A stretch of 64,000 nucleotides of DNA from contig NC_045698.1 of the NCBI RefSeq assembly GCF_009834535.1, positions 6,450,001-6,514,000 on the forward strand, in the 5' to 3' direction. Both the position numbers and the translations under genes were made by a program. Shown here piece after piece: positions 36,780 through 49,640 of the stretch (within the stretch, counting starts at the first letter, position 1; every line of letters begins with the position of its first letter). The notes under the pieces are model-generated. The model saw nothing but the letters and a program-made list of their open reading frames with translations. It searched no databases and had not been told where the DNA came from. The stretch comes from Camelus ferus. Taxonomy: Eukaryota.

Positions 36780-39700
36780 GCAGTCTTTACATTCCATCCG
36801 CATTTGTTGCTTTCACTTTCTTATACTAAACATCATCCCAAATTTGTTTTATATTTGCAGTACATTCTTCTTGTATATTCATTATTTATCTTTATTTTCC
36901 CATAGACTTTCTAATTGTATTTCTACATTTCCTGTTGATAAAAACAACCATCCTATAATTAACCACTTTCCAGTTGTTATCGTTGTGATTTAGAGAAAAA
37001 AAAATCTACTTTTTTCATTTTTATGAGACTCTTTAATTTCTCCTTGCATATTTTCAGATGAATTGTGTATCTGAGACATTATATATTTATTTCTATGAAT
37101 TCTTTCTTGATGATGGATTTCTCTTTCCCATGGCAGCCTCTTCATGTTTTATGGGTACAATATCTTCTTCATATTATTTTTTTAACTGAAGTTAAACATG
37201 CACTTAATTTATAAAGACATCCACGAGGCTGAACACAGAAAACTGAAGTAAGCGGTCTACGCTGGGGTCAACACACTGTTGTACTCTTTCACTGGTCCAT
37301 TTTGGCATTTATCTCCAAATCTCTAAATAATATGGTTTCACTGCTGTTTCTTGATGGTTTCAGTTAAAAATATCATTTACTGGGTCTTTCCCAACCTACC
37401 CCTCTCCTCCGTCCTCACATACACATTCTCCCAACTCCAATTTCTCAGTATTGATTGATTATAATTCTGCTTGGATACTCAATGTTAAGATAGTTCTGAC
37501 TATAACCGAGGCTACTCACAGACGTGCCATGAAATAAGATACGCTTCTCAAAACAATACTGCTTTTTTCTGTTGGTGTTAATAATGGTCTTATCTTAGTC
37601 TGTCCGGGCTGCTGTAACCAAATAGACTGGGTGGTTTACAAAGAACACACATTTATTTCTCACAGTTCTGGGAGCTGGGAAGCCCTACATCAAGGTGTTG
37701 GCATATTAGTGTCCAGTGAGGTCAAGATTCCTCGCTCACAATGGTGCTGCAGCCCCATGTGATAGAAGAGGAAAGGGGTCTCTCTGGGGTCTCCTTTATA
37801 AAGTTACTAATCCCATTCATGAGGGCTCTGCCCTTGTAACCTATCAAACTTCCCAAGACCTCACCTCCAAACACCATCATACTGGGGGTTAGGTTCCAAC
37901 ATCTGAAGTTTGGGGGAACACATTCAGTCTACAGCAGGTCTCTTGTTTCTCTTTCTATGTACTTATCACATCTGTCCCCCAGTGCCCAGCTTAAGTCTGC
38001 ACTTCCTCCAAGTATATTCAAACACCTCAGGTCTTCCATTATTGTTATCTTCCTGGAAAGATATGTTCTGAAACTGCTTCATCTACTTAACCTGCTCCTG
38101 AAGACTGCAGCACAACTATTCCACAACTACCTACTTTGCCCTCATCCTGGGCAATTTTTTCTCACTCTCTCTTGTGTTGGCATCTCTGTTTTGGAGTCTC
38201 TACCATATTAATCATATACTGTTCCCATACATTCCTTCATTTTCTGTCTCTCTAGTCTTTATTTCAACTTTCAGGGAGACTTTGTCAAATTTATTTTCTG
38301 ACTTCCCATTGGCAATGTCATTTTTATAGTCATATTTTAAAAATAATCTACAAAGGCCCTTTTAAATAAACAGAATCACTTATTTTTCCTTGTTTCATGG
38401 ATGCAATGGCTTCTCTAATTTCAAAAGACATTAATGATAACTACTTCTCTCTACTTCCTCCCAGTTTCTTGTTCAGTTTGTTTCACTAATGATTCTCATA
38501 ATTGGAACTGTAAAGAAAACTAGAGCTGGGTACATGAATTGCTTTGTAGACTAGTAGTTATCAATGCCTGTTGCTCTATGCAACGTGATTTTTTTTTTTT
38601 TTTGTCGTGAAGTGACTACGAATGTCAATAACTTTAAAATTCTAGTTAACAAAAGTGTATCCTCAAAGTCCATATAAAATATGTGAAGAGCACTTCACAT
38701 TCAGTGGAGAGCTGTTGGGATCTCACTCAACAGACTTATACTTAATTTCTGTGTTTTTTAAAAATCAGAGTTAAACTGTTTCTGGATGCCCTAGTCCAAA
38801 TGCACCTCCAAGTTTTTCATTTTCCAAATTAAACCTCTGTTTTCTTTCAGTATGACACAGGAGTAGCTGTGTCACTGCACACAGTGAGGGATATCTGGGC
38901 ATCTAGCTGCTTCTTCCATTACTTTCTGGTTTCCCCATAGCTTCTGTTGAAAAATCAGCTGTAATTCTTATTTCTGCTCCATTGAAGAGTATGTGTCTTT
39001 TTCCTCCCCTCTCTGGTTTACTTTAAAGCTATTTCTCTTTGTCATTGGTTTTCATCAGTTTGGCTATCATGGGTCTAAATGTGGTTTTATACTATCTATC
39101 ATATTTGGGGTTTACTGAATTTCTTAATCTGATGAATTTGTTTAATCATTTCTTAAAAAGTCTTAGAAATAATTACTATAAATACAGCTACTGCTTTGTT
39201 CTCTCTCTTCTCCTTTTGAGACTCAAATTATATGTGAGACAGAGTTTTGAATGTGTCATTTTTGTCTCTCACTTTTAAGTATTTTCCACCCAGTGCCTCT
39301 CTGTACCTCAGTTTAGATATTTTCTGCCAATTTGTTTTCAAGTCTACCAATTCAATATTTGATTATATATAATATGCTAAGATCATTAATTTAATCCTAT
39401 ATTTCAGATATTATTTGCCTCTTTAAAATTTTAGAATGTCCATTCAATATCTTTTTATAGCTTCTAATTTACAGGTGAAATTCCCCATTCTTCAACCAAT
39501 TATGTCCAAATTTTCCTCTACATTTTTGGATATACTGATTATAGTTATTTGACATCATTTTCTGATAACTATGCTAACCTGATCATCTATGAGTTTAATT
39601 ACATTGCCTGTTTTTTGCTAATTTATCCATCATGAGATCTTGTGTTTTCACACATCTAGAATATTTTACTGCATGCTGGTAACTGTGGATAGAAGAACTG

Positions 39701-40680
39701 TGGAGAGTGCAGAGCATGCTACTTCCACCCAGGAGTCTCCCTTCAGAAAGAGGTGCTTTGTTCTTCCATTGAGCAGATTTGAGGCGTGGGTGGGAAGGGT
39801 GAAGGCAGGGCTTGATTATCTCAATCCATTCAGGGACCAAGATGTCAGGACTGAGGTGCAGCCTGGAGAGATTAAATGTATTTTGGATTTATCCTTGTTT
39901 CTTGGGCAGGTGTTCCAGGGTCCATCAGGAAACGGATGGCTATTTAGCAACTTGGTCCCTTCATATTGTGGGAGATTCATTCTTTGTTTCAGCTCAGATC
40001 TTTAGCCACAAGACTTATGCATCATCAAATTTTGGCAATCATCTTCAAAGGAAAAATTAGCCATGTGGCTGAAGCCCATTAAATCTTCAACTTATGACTA
40101 CACCTGCGTGTGACTGCCAGAAAATCTGCTGGGTTCTCTCTTTCTGAGCAGCAGCCATTCAGCTCAAGGCTCAACCTCTAGTTAAAGTTGAATTAGTTTT
40201 GTCTTCTTTCCCATTTTACTTATTCCTATGGGATTGCAACATTTAAAAATATGTCTTATATACTCAAAATGATGTGCTGGGAGAGAACTGAGATCATCCT
40301 GAGTGTTCAGTCTTCCATTTCTCACTGAGTAAGTGCAGTAATTTCTTGAACCTCATTGAATGTAATACTTGATATTTCTTCAATGTCCTATCATACTTCT
40401 TGGGCTATTACTGATCCACCTGAAGTAATTAGTCTTGATTTTATCTCGGCTTTTACCATCACGCTTTGGATTGCAGTTTTCTGTTATTGTATCTTTCTAA
40501 ATTTCCAAAAGTCTATTTTTCAAACAAGCTTTAAATTTGGGGTATATACATATACACACATACATATACATACATATGATTCCATTTCTAGCATTCATAT
40601 AATCTTTCCTTTTATACACCTTTATTGTCATGTAAATGCTATGTTTTGATGGATGGAAGGTCAGTATGCAGGTTCTCTCC
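36780..40680 (-). mobile_element. Fragmented ancient L1M/HAL1-like LINE block
   Basis: Long T-rich strand-biased region with reverse L1 ORF1-type phrases ('ttctgttgaaaaatcagctgtaattctt', 'ttctttatc/ttggttttca'). No intact ORF. Interrupted by MLT1A. Confidence 0.55.
37590..37936 (-). mobile_element. MLT1A/A0 LTR
   Basis: 'tcttagtctgtccgggctgctgtaac..atttatttctcacagttctgg..ctaatcccattcatgagggctctgccct..acacattcagtctacagca'. Confidence 0.9.
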
Positions 40681-41944
40681 TCTTTCTTAAACCAGAAACT
40701 GATGGCTAACCCTTAAGACTACTGTTGATTTCAGTACTCTTTTATTCAAATGATAATTGAAATTTTTCAGCAGAAGACTTTACAAGGTCTTTGTACTGCA
40801 AATATTAACACAGTTCCATGTATAGTCATATCCATTTTCTTATTAAATAGACTACTTCTAATAGGGAACTCCTATGTGGCCAATTTGACTCTATGTCCCC
40901 CAGAAAATATGTAAACAATAACTGAGTGCCCTCAAAACTTGAAAACAGAGTGAACTTCAAGAGCTAAACTGTGCAGTCAGTCTACATAAGACCATAAGAG
41001 ACATCACATCCTATCATTTGAAAGATGCTGAGTAGTCCCCAGATTAGTAAGAAATGATGCAAACAGATTAAATATTGTGACTTAATGAAGAAATAACACA
41101 TAAACCCTAAAAGATTAGCTACTCAGGAAGAATAGCAGAAGGAGAGTTTGATGGGCATATAGTTACTCTATCTAATAAATTCAGGATGACAAATGGCTCA
41201 CATGTTAAAGAGCCACCAAATCAAGAGTTTCAGTTCATTCACTCCAGAGCGTGGTAGGCCAATGTGATTCACATTTTTTAATTTATATTTCTCCCTTGAT
41301 ATTCATTTTTCCTTGGCCCCTACGTAATTGGGAGACTTGGGCTTCCAGAATGCATAATCCCTCACCCAAACAAGAAATTCATTACTTAAATTTGAAACAA
41401 AGGGTTTTCCTAGTACATTGGCTTATCTGTTTGTGTCGGCATTTTGGGAGAGGCACACGAATAAGGAAAAAGAAAGCAGACCAAAGAATTTTGAGCATGC
41501 TCATCATTCAACAGTTATGTCAGGTACTGGGGCCACTTCTGAAATAGAAGTAGAAATGCATTTTAGATAAATGAAATGGACCTCTCCATTTGTCTGCAGC
41601 CTGTGATTGTCAGACAGTGTTTGCTATCGACTTACAGAAATTTCCTGACTTCATTTCATGAAACTAAACGATACCCATGACTAAGAAAAATATTCATGCA
41701 TCTTCAATTTAGTGTTTGAGGCTGCAAGTGAAGCATAAATTCAGAAATGGACAGGGAAGTTTATTCAAAAGCAAAGCAGGTACAACACAATAGAATGCAT
41801 TCAATAATCAAGTATGTATTATATTTTTTTCAAAGATATAAAAACATCTTGTTTCCTTGGTGGTAGGGACCAGTGTCTGTGCAGTCAAAGTCTAGAGCAT
41901 CAGGACAAGCCCAAGTATGATACCTAAAAACACCGAGTGACACA

Positions 41945-42382
41945 TTCTATAGTGCGCCTTGTACCCTGCCCAACTCCCCTTAAGAACACGGTGAACTTTC
42001 CTCTGGCTGCAGTCGGTGTTGGCTGATACTGACCCAGGCTGCTCCCTTCTCTGGAGAACTGCTCTTGGCCAATGAGAGCCACTCTGCCAGGATATTCACC
42101 ACATCCCACCAAACTTAAAAACTTGCTGCTGATGACTGAAGGAACAAGGGAGGAACTGGATATAAATCATCACCGCTTGCTACAAAAGGGATCAACTGAA
42201 ATTCTGTTCATGCTGCAGAGCCCCCCTGGGATCAGGCTGATGCTGAACTCCAGGTGAGAGCAGATGCTTGTCTGGTGCCTTTCTGCCCTATGCCTCAGCC
42301 CTGACCTGCTGAGAACTTACCCTCAATAAAGTACAAGCTTATGAATCCCTAGGTCAGCCTTCCAGGGAGCCCGACTTAAACT
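41945..42382 (+). mobile_element. LTR16-like ERVL LTR
   Basis: 'ttctctggagaactgc', 'ccctcaataaa' and the end 'ttccagggagcccgacttaa' resemble the LTR16 family. Confidence 0.55.
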
Positions 42383-42479
42383 CCAGTTACAAATTATAAT
42401 TATAAATTCACAGTTATATTCACTGTAAGCCAGTTGTCAACCCTAAGTGGTACCTCAGTCAGTGCTAATGAGTGCAATG

Positions 42480-42750
42480 AAGTAGCACATTAGTGATTAA
42501 GAGACTGTCCTCTGGGGTCCAGCATGCCCAGGTCCAAATCCCAGCTCTGCACATACCAGTTAGGTGATCTTGGCTAAATGACATAAACTCTCCAAGCTTC
42601 AATGCCTCCGCTGTAAAATACTGAAAATAACACCTACACCTTGGTGCTACTGAGAAAACAAGAACACGATGATGTATGTGAAGGATTGAGAACAGAGTAA
42701 GGGCACAGAACACTGTCTGCCATCACTGCTGTTGTTGTCAGCATTATCTT
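42480..42750 (+). mobile_element. MIR (near full length)
   Basis: 'gtccaaatcccagctctgc..gtgatcttggc..aactctccaagcttcaatgcctccgctgtaaaat'. Confidence 0.8.
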
Positions 42751-43229
42751 ATGACAAACGAGGTCATTAAAGTTACATCAAATGAGCTCGATGCCCAGTT
42801 TCCAATTATGGGGAAAGTTCTCCTTAAAGAAGGAGGAATCCAGGAGTCATGTAAGCAGTGACAGGAGGAAGAGTAAACAGAAGGACGGCGCACATTAAGA
42901 TTTTAATGCTGAGGGACTGCGGGGATAATCCTGTCTGCTCTTCTTCCGGACTCTCCTCTCCAAACGCACCACGAAGAAAATTGAGGTCCAAAGAGGTTAA
43001 GTGGTTTGTTCAAAGTATCCCTGCTTTGTTATTTACAGAAATAATAGAAGCGTGAATAAATCCGTTTGTGTAGTAGAAAATGAGAATTACTGGGATGGCG
43101 GGCGGGGGGGTGGGGGTGCAGGCAGACAACAGGAACAGTTAAGCGCATCCTTAAGTGCCAATCTTGTTTCTCCAGCACCGTCTGGGAGAATGCCTACCAT
43201 GCTAATGCTAATGCCTACTGATGTCTGAA

Positions 43230-43600
43230 TGCCCAAGTTCTCTGCCTCTTGCAGGGTATGCAGACTAACCTTATTTCCCAGCCTCCCTGCAGGCGGTTGA
43301 GACCATGTGACCTAGAGATGGCCCCTTGGAATCGGGGCAGAAGGGAGGTGCACCACTTCGTGGCATGGCCCCTGCAGTCTCCTCTGCATGATGCTCCACT
43401 CTCTCCATGCTGCCCCGGGGGGCACGGGTTGAGGATGGAGGCACACAGACAGAATGCCTCAGGCTCCAAGATGGCACCACAGAACAGAGACCCCTGCAGC
43501 CGCCGTGCTGGACAGCGGCCATGTATGGAAGAAATAAGGCTTCTGCGTGTGTGTTTAGCTGCCTGAGACTGAAGGCCTGTTGTTAACAGCATTAATTCAA
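43230..43600 (+). mobile_element. MLT1 (H/J-like) LTR
   Basis: 'ttcccagcctccctgcagg..gaccatgtgac', 'gaggtgcaccacttc' and 'gaaataaggcttct..ttgttaacagca'. Confidence 0.55.
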
Positions 43601-44002
43601 CTCTACTAATATTCTCTAAAACTAGTAAAATCTTAGTCCTCATCTATATAAAATATACATCAGCAACTATAAATCCTCCAGGAAGTTATGAGAAAAGGAA
43701 AGTAAATGTGTTTATTCTGAATAAATAGGTAGATATAGTAGCTCTTAACAGGAAATTTTCATCAAGGGAGCAGAAGTAAGAGCCAAGAATCTGGAGATGA
43801 ACAGTTACACTGTTGGCTCCCAGCCTACGGGTCACAGTCCAGTGAGGCCATGAAATGATTGCACAGGGAGTCAAGCACACCAAGCAAGCACTGTCTGAAA
43901 AAAGCAAAAACCAAAACAAAGAATTACACTGCACCGTACTGTGCTCACCCATCCAACCCAGGAAACAATGGGTAAGAACTCGGAATGTAATAGGTACTGT
44001 AA

Positions 44003-44252
44003 CAGCGGACAAGCTTTTTCTTAAAGGGTCAGATAGTAAATACTTTAGGCTTTGTAACCCAGACAGTCTCTGTTACAACTGGTCAACCCAGTGGATGTGG
44101 CAGCCATAGGCAATATCCAAAGAGATGGATGTGTCCATGTGGCAATAAGATTTATTTCTGTGACCATGGGCTGGCCATATGCAAATATGTGGGCATGGCT
44201 GTGTTCCAATAAAACTGTAACTATGATCGACAAGTCTTAGTTTTCTAAGCCT
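44003..44252 (-). mobile_element. MER58 with internal duplication
   Basis: 'ttttcttaaagggtcagatagtaaatactttaggcttt' and 'ggcatggctgtgttccaataaaact'. Confidence 0.8.
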
Positions 44253-44854
44253 GAAAGGTTTTAATAAAGATCTCTAAGCTCTTCAATCTCTAAGATCCCT
44301 GCCACTCCTACACTATGATTTCAAGAACATATTTAATAAAGGAAGGCAAAAAAGAAATAAAGTTTAGAATCATGATTTTTGAGAACTACACGGGAGACAA
44401 TCTCTCCTTGTCCAATATAAATATAAAACAAGATTTTAAAAATTAATCAATGTGAATATCTCATTTGAATAGTTATTCTACATTATTAATTAATATATCA
44501 TTCTTTAAATTATACAGAAGGATTCCCACAGAAGGTAGTGATATCAAATTGTTATGACCCATTAGAGAGGGTACTGGTATTATAAATTGACTCCATTTAT
44601 TTTTAAATCTAATTTCATATTAATAAAAAGAAGCAATTTAAACTCAAGAATCCCAGGAGCTTCTTTAGAGATGGCCACTGAGGGTTCATGTGTTTGGTTA
44701 AATGTATGAAAACGTCTAAAGAGGAAGATTTCCCAAGCACATCAAAGATCTTCCAGATTCAACTCAGTGATGTTAACATTACAGACTCAAAAAGTGGCTT
44801 CTTCAAAACACGTGGAAGCTGAGGCAGTGACCATCTAATTGGTGCAGATACCAT

Positions 44855-45026
44855 TCAGAGCCAGGGAATTCTTTGTCGAGCAGGGAGGGGCCGTCCTGTG
44901 CCTTGCAGAAGGTTGAGCAGTGTCCCTGGTCTCTACCCACGAGATGTCAGTAGCAGTTTTCCCCTCCAGTGGTGACAACCAGATGTTCCCAGCAGGTAAG
45001 ACAGCCTCTAGCTGAGAAACACTGGT
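44855..45026 (-). mobile_element. MER20 (or related hAT) fragment
   Basis: 'gtcctgtgccttgcagaaggttgagcagtgtccctggtctctacccacgagatgtcagtagca..gtgacaacc..tgagaaacactg'. Confidence 0.8.
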
Positions 45027-47339
45027 CCAGAAATTGACTGGAGTTGAAACTCAATTCCCCAAACCCAAATATACAAGAAACAAAGTTAACATTTACCTTA
45101 ACCTTCGAGAGAATTCTCTACCAATATTGACCAGGTTTTCGGAGACTGAACAGTTTTCAATTTAGAAACCATAGAGAGGCAGGTGGCAAATTGGAACATA
45201 GCTTTCAATTTTTATGCTTATTCCAGCAGTTGTGAGTGAGAAACAGGCTGTGAATTCCTTTCCCTCAGTAACAAAGCAATACAAAAATGGATTTTGTGCT
45301 GTTTGCCAAAAGAATGTTAGGCAGACATGGAGGGTAATTGAGCCGCTGTCTCTGTGTTCTTAGAACGGTGCTCAACGCACATCTACCTGGGGCCAACCCA
45401 CGCACAATCCCAGATGGGCAAATGTGGCCGATTTGTCTTGAAGCCGCAGCATTTTTATATTTTCCAAAAAGCTTTGTCCTTACGAAATAACTGCTGTGAT
45501 CAAGGCAGGAAGAAAAGTGAGGCTGAAGAGTCGAATTTGTTATTATGACAAGAAGTAGTAGACACGCCTAACTGGTAAAACCCCACGTCCTCTGTCACTG
45601 AGGCTGAAAATGACTGGTTTTCAAGATGTAACGGCTAAATTCCAGCACCTGGTGAGCCGCGATGAAACTGATCACAGCCTCCGAGTGGGAAGACGCCTTA
45701 CAGGTGATGTCATGTTAATACTCAATTCTCCAGTCAGGTTTTGTTTCCCTAAATTAAAAGCAATTTTTGGTCTTTCACTTGTCATGCGCTAAGGTATGAG
45801 CATTTGGAAAACCATCACAGATATTCCAAATAGAGCCATTTTACCTCGAGGCCTATTTATATGTGAATGTTCCTGCGGTGATGCTAAGAGACTTAACCTC
45901 AAACAGACAACGTTCCCTCAGGATAACAGTCATCGTGGGCCCCAGCCTCGTCCTTGTTCATATCTTTACTGCTTTAGTGATGTCTCAAATTTATCAGGGA
46001 GAAAAAGGGGGGAAGAACTCTGAATCGGGATTCTGTTGATTCCACTTCCAGACTGTGGTCAAGATCAGGCTAATCAGGCAATCTGAGCTTGAGGTTAGTT
46101 TTCTCATCCTAAAGCCACTTCATGAAGTTTCATTTTTCTCATTAGTGGATTTCAGGACGGTTCCACAGAGCCCAACACCCAAACTTCCCCCTTCTCCTCT
46201 CACTAAACAACACACACTGGGATCGCCAAGCCACCGTGTGGGGACCACCTCAGGGTGAGGAGGAGGAAACGGAGAGTTGCACTAAGGTGTATCCTGCTAT
46301 GGCTGGAACTGTGCTGGCTTCTCTGCATAAACCAGCACGTTGAATGCGGGGGCAAACAGGTGACTGGTACTGGTCCTGGCAAGAAAGAAATGGGCCAGGC
46401 TAGAATCTTCCTATGGAATGAGAGTATGCACACGTTTCCAGATGCCTCTTTCAACAAGCATCCCTCATTGCTCTAGTCTCTGGGTTGCAAGACTTTCCTT
46501 CTCTTGAATTTAGGAACAAAATATGACGTTTACCCACAGCCTGCTAAAGGTAAGTTTTAGAAAGTTGCAGAGAAAGCATATTATTCAATATTAAGGGGTT
46601 AAAGCTTCCACAGACATTTGTCTGGAGTCTACCACCTGCCAGGTAACCTGATCTAATGAGCAACTCTAATCTAATACTGAGGAGACCAGGAAATAAAACG
46701 CCCCTCACAGCACAGACTGAACTTCAATCTGAGACAATAGATGCTCATCAGAAATAAAGGCTGAGGCTATGAATGCATTGGCGGGCCACCAGCCCAAACA
46801 GATTCAGGGTGGGTTACAAGAAGGTGACAGTTACAGCGAGACCTGAGGATTGGCAGTCTTCTAGACGGAGAAGATGGGGTAAAAGTGTTCACGAGAGAGA
46901 GGACAGGAATAGATGCTGAAGTTGAGGATTAGCCTCTCATCTGGGAAGCTATGCGCAGCTGGGCATTACGGACACCGGGAAGGGCCCCAAGGTGATGGGG
47001 AGGAACACAGACAACTCAAGCCACCCCCGGGAGGTGGACCTGCATCCGGCACAGAGGGCTGAGAGCAAACGAAGCCTTGGCTGGGGTGAAGGAGGAGCTG
47101 TCCCTGATTCTCAGTCTGATTCTCTCCTTTTGCAAAGTGCTTATCCTCCCTGGTCTCAGTTTCCTCACATTCCCATGTTTAAATAATAATTTTCTATCTC
47201 TGAAGAAAGAGAAAAGGAGAAAATTATTAGCCTAATGCATCCAAGTTAATCCCTATGGTCCCTGGAGAAAATAATGCTTCTGCAACATAACTGAAGGCAG
47301 ACACATCTTAAATGCTCCCTCTCCTCCTGGTCTGTAAGT

Positions 47340-47637
47340 GCACCGTCCAGCTGGGCAGCGGCAGCCCCACTGAGCCCTCAGATGCACACGTGCTCTGTGA
47401 GTGGAGGACACACCGCAGTCTAAAGACTTAATACAATTAAAAAATGGATGGAACGTTTCTTAGTGAGTTTTTGCGATGGTTGCATGTTAAAATGATGCCT
47501 TCTTGCCTATAATGAGTTAAGTAAAATATATTATTAAAAATAATTTCTCTTGTTTCTTTGTGCTTGTTTCCATGGGACCACCAGATCATCTTCAACTACC
47601 CACGTGGCTCACAGGGCGTTTTTACTGGACAGTGCCA
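47340..47637 (+). mobile_element. MER3/MER33-like DNA transposon
   Basis: 'gagttaagtaaaatatattattaaaa.taatttc..ttgtttcttt' and end 'cgtggctcac..actggacagtgc'. Confidence 0.65.
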
Positions 47638-48149
47638 ATTACAACGCTGGTTACCCTTTCTTTATCAGTGTGCCTAGTCTTCTTTGGTACCCTTGGAAGA
47701 GTCACTTAAATTAAAATAAAACATTCATAGAAATCAAAAGGACAACTTTACTGGAGACATGTAAGAAAAAACAGTCTGTCCTGAGAAATTCCCAGCTTTC
47801 TCTCTCTCCACGCTGAGTGATCAGTAGGCTCCTGCACCCTGTACACAACCAAGAAATGTGGGAGGAGTAGTGCTGTGTGTACCGAGGGCACCAGCATGTC
47901 TGACATCTGCTGTTAGGGCTGGTTGTCTCCCTGCTCGGCCCCACGCCAGCCCACTGTTCTCCCTCTTAACAGGCAGTGATGGGATTCCATACCTCAGCAA
48001 GAACACTTCAATTCCGTCAATAACCTCAATCTGATTTCCACTAAAAGGTTGTCATGAGAATGAGAAGCAACAATGGGAAAACTACAGTGAGTTTCCTTGC
48101 CCCTAAAATAACATCATACACACAATAACACAAATGCATCTCCCGATTT

Positions 48150-49640
48150 TTTATGTCTACTTATCTTGAAATAAAATCAAGAGAAGTTGCAAGGAAAGTG
48201 CAATGGACTCTCTAAACATTTCACCTAGATTCCTAGACTATTTCCCATTAACATTTTTATCACATTTGCTTTATAATTCTTTCTCTTTGTGTGTATGCAT
48301 GTGTGTATGCATGTAGGTATATGTGTGTATATATATATATATACACATATAAATACATACACATATAGTAGTTTTAAAAATCATTTCAGAATAAGTTTCA
48401 GAAACAATACCCTTCACTCCTATTATCTCAGAAGGTTTATCGGAAGAACAATGACATTCTCCTTCATAAGCACATTACATTTATCAAAATCAGGACATTA
48501 ATATTAACACATTTCTTCTACCTTCTCTACAGATATCAAAATTCTGCCAGTTGTCCTCTGTAACACGAAAAAAAGTTTTCTGTTCTAAGATGCAATTTGG
48601 ATCGAGTGTTTCATGTAATCAACTAGTCTGTTTTTCTCCTTTATGATGGGACAGGTCTTCTTTCTTTTTACACCTTTCATGACTCAGTAATTTTTGGAGA
48701 CTAGAGGTCGGTGTTTTGTAGGATGTCCCTCAGTTTGGGTTTGTGTGATGGTTCCTCATGATGAAGTTGGTTATAATTTTTTGGCTGTAATATGATGAAA
48801 ATCTTGCTGCAGCCTTGTCAGTGCATCTGATCAGGAAGTTTATACCAGCTCTTTGCCCCATTACTAATGAAACTACTTTTAACTAGTCAGTTAGCATAGT
48901 TCTGGCCAAGTTTCTTCATCATCAAGTCACAAGTTTTCCTGTTGTAATTAATATGTATCTTATAGGTAAATACTTTGAGACTCTATATAAATACCTTCAT
49001 CATCATCAAACTCTCACCCAGAAATTTAGCATCCATTGATTTTTTTTTTTTGCCTGGATCAGTTTTCAGTATGATGGTTGCCAAACTAGAATTTTCAAAT
49101 TAAATCATCCTTCAATATTTATCAGTTGGCATTTTAGAGTAAAGGAGACTAGTCCCTTTTGTCTCACTTGTTTATTCATTCATTTACTTTTAAGTCAGTA
49201 TATACTCATGGATTTTGAGTTTACTCAGTGTGTTATAATCCGACACTATCATTATTATTTTAAAAATCGAAGTGTCCCAGATTTCTTCAGTGAGCTCACT
49301 TCAAGCTGGCTCTTGTCCTTCCGACCTGCTCTTATTATTCTTGGAATAGTTCCTCAGTTTCTGAAAAAAACAAATCTTCCAAGCTTATCTGGGACTTTTG
49401 CTACACAGGTGCTGGAATCAGCTACTTCTCCAAGAAGGCTTGGTCCCTTTTAGTGGCGATTTAAATTTAGAAACCAAGTACTTGGTTTTAAGTGTGCTCA
49501 TGGCCATTGGAATGACAATGCTTCTAGACCCTCTCAGCCAAGAGAGCTAGGAAACCAGGAAATCAATGAATATGTATATGTAAACACACATTTGTGCATG
49601 CACGCGTGCACACACACGCGCGCACACACACCTATACATT
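48150..49640 (-). mobile_element. L1MC/MD-type old L1 3' region
   Basis: 'agaagttgcaa..ttcacctagatt..ttaacattt', 'ttttgtaggatgtccctcagtttgggtttg' and 'tttagaaaccaag..gtgtgctcat'. Confidence 0.8.
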
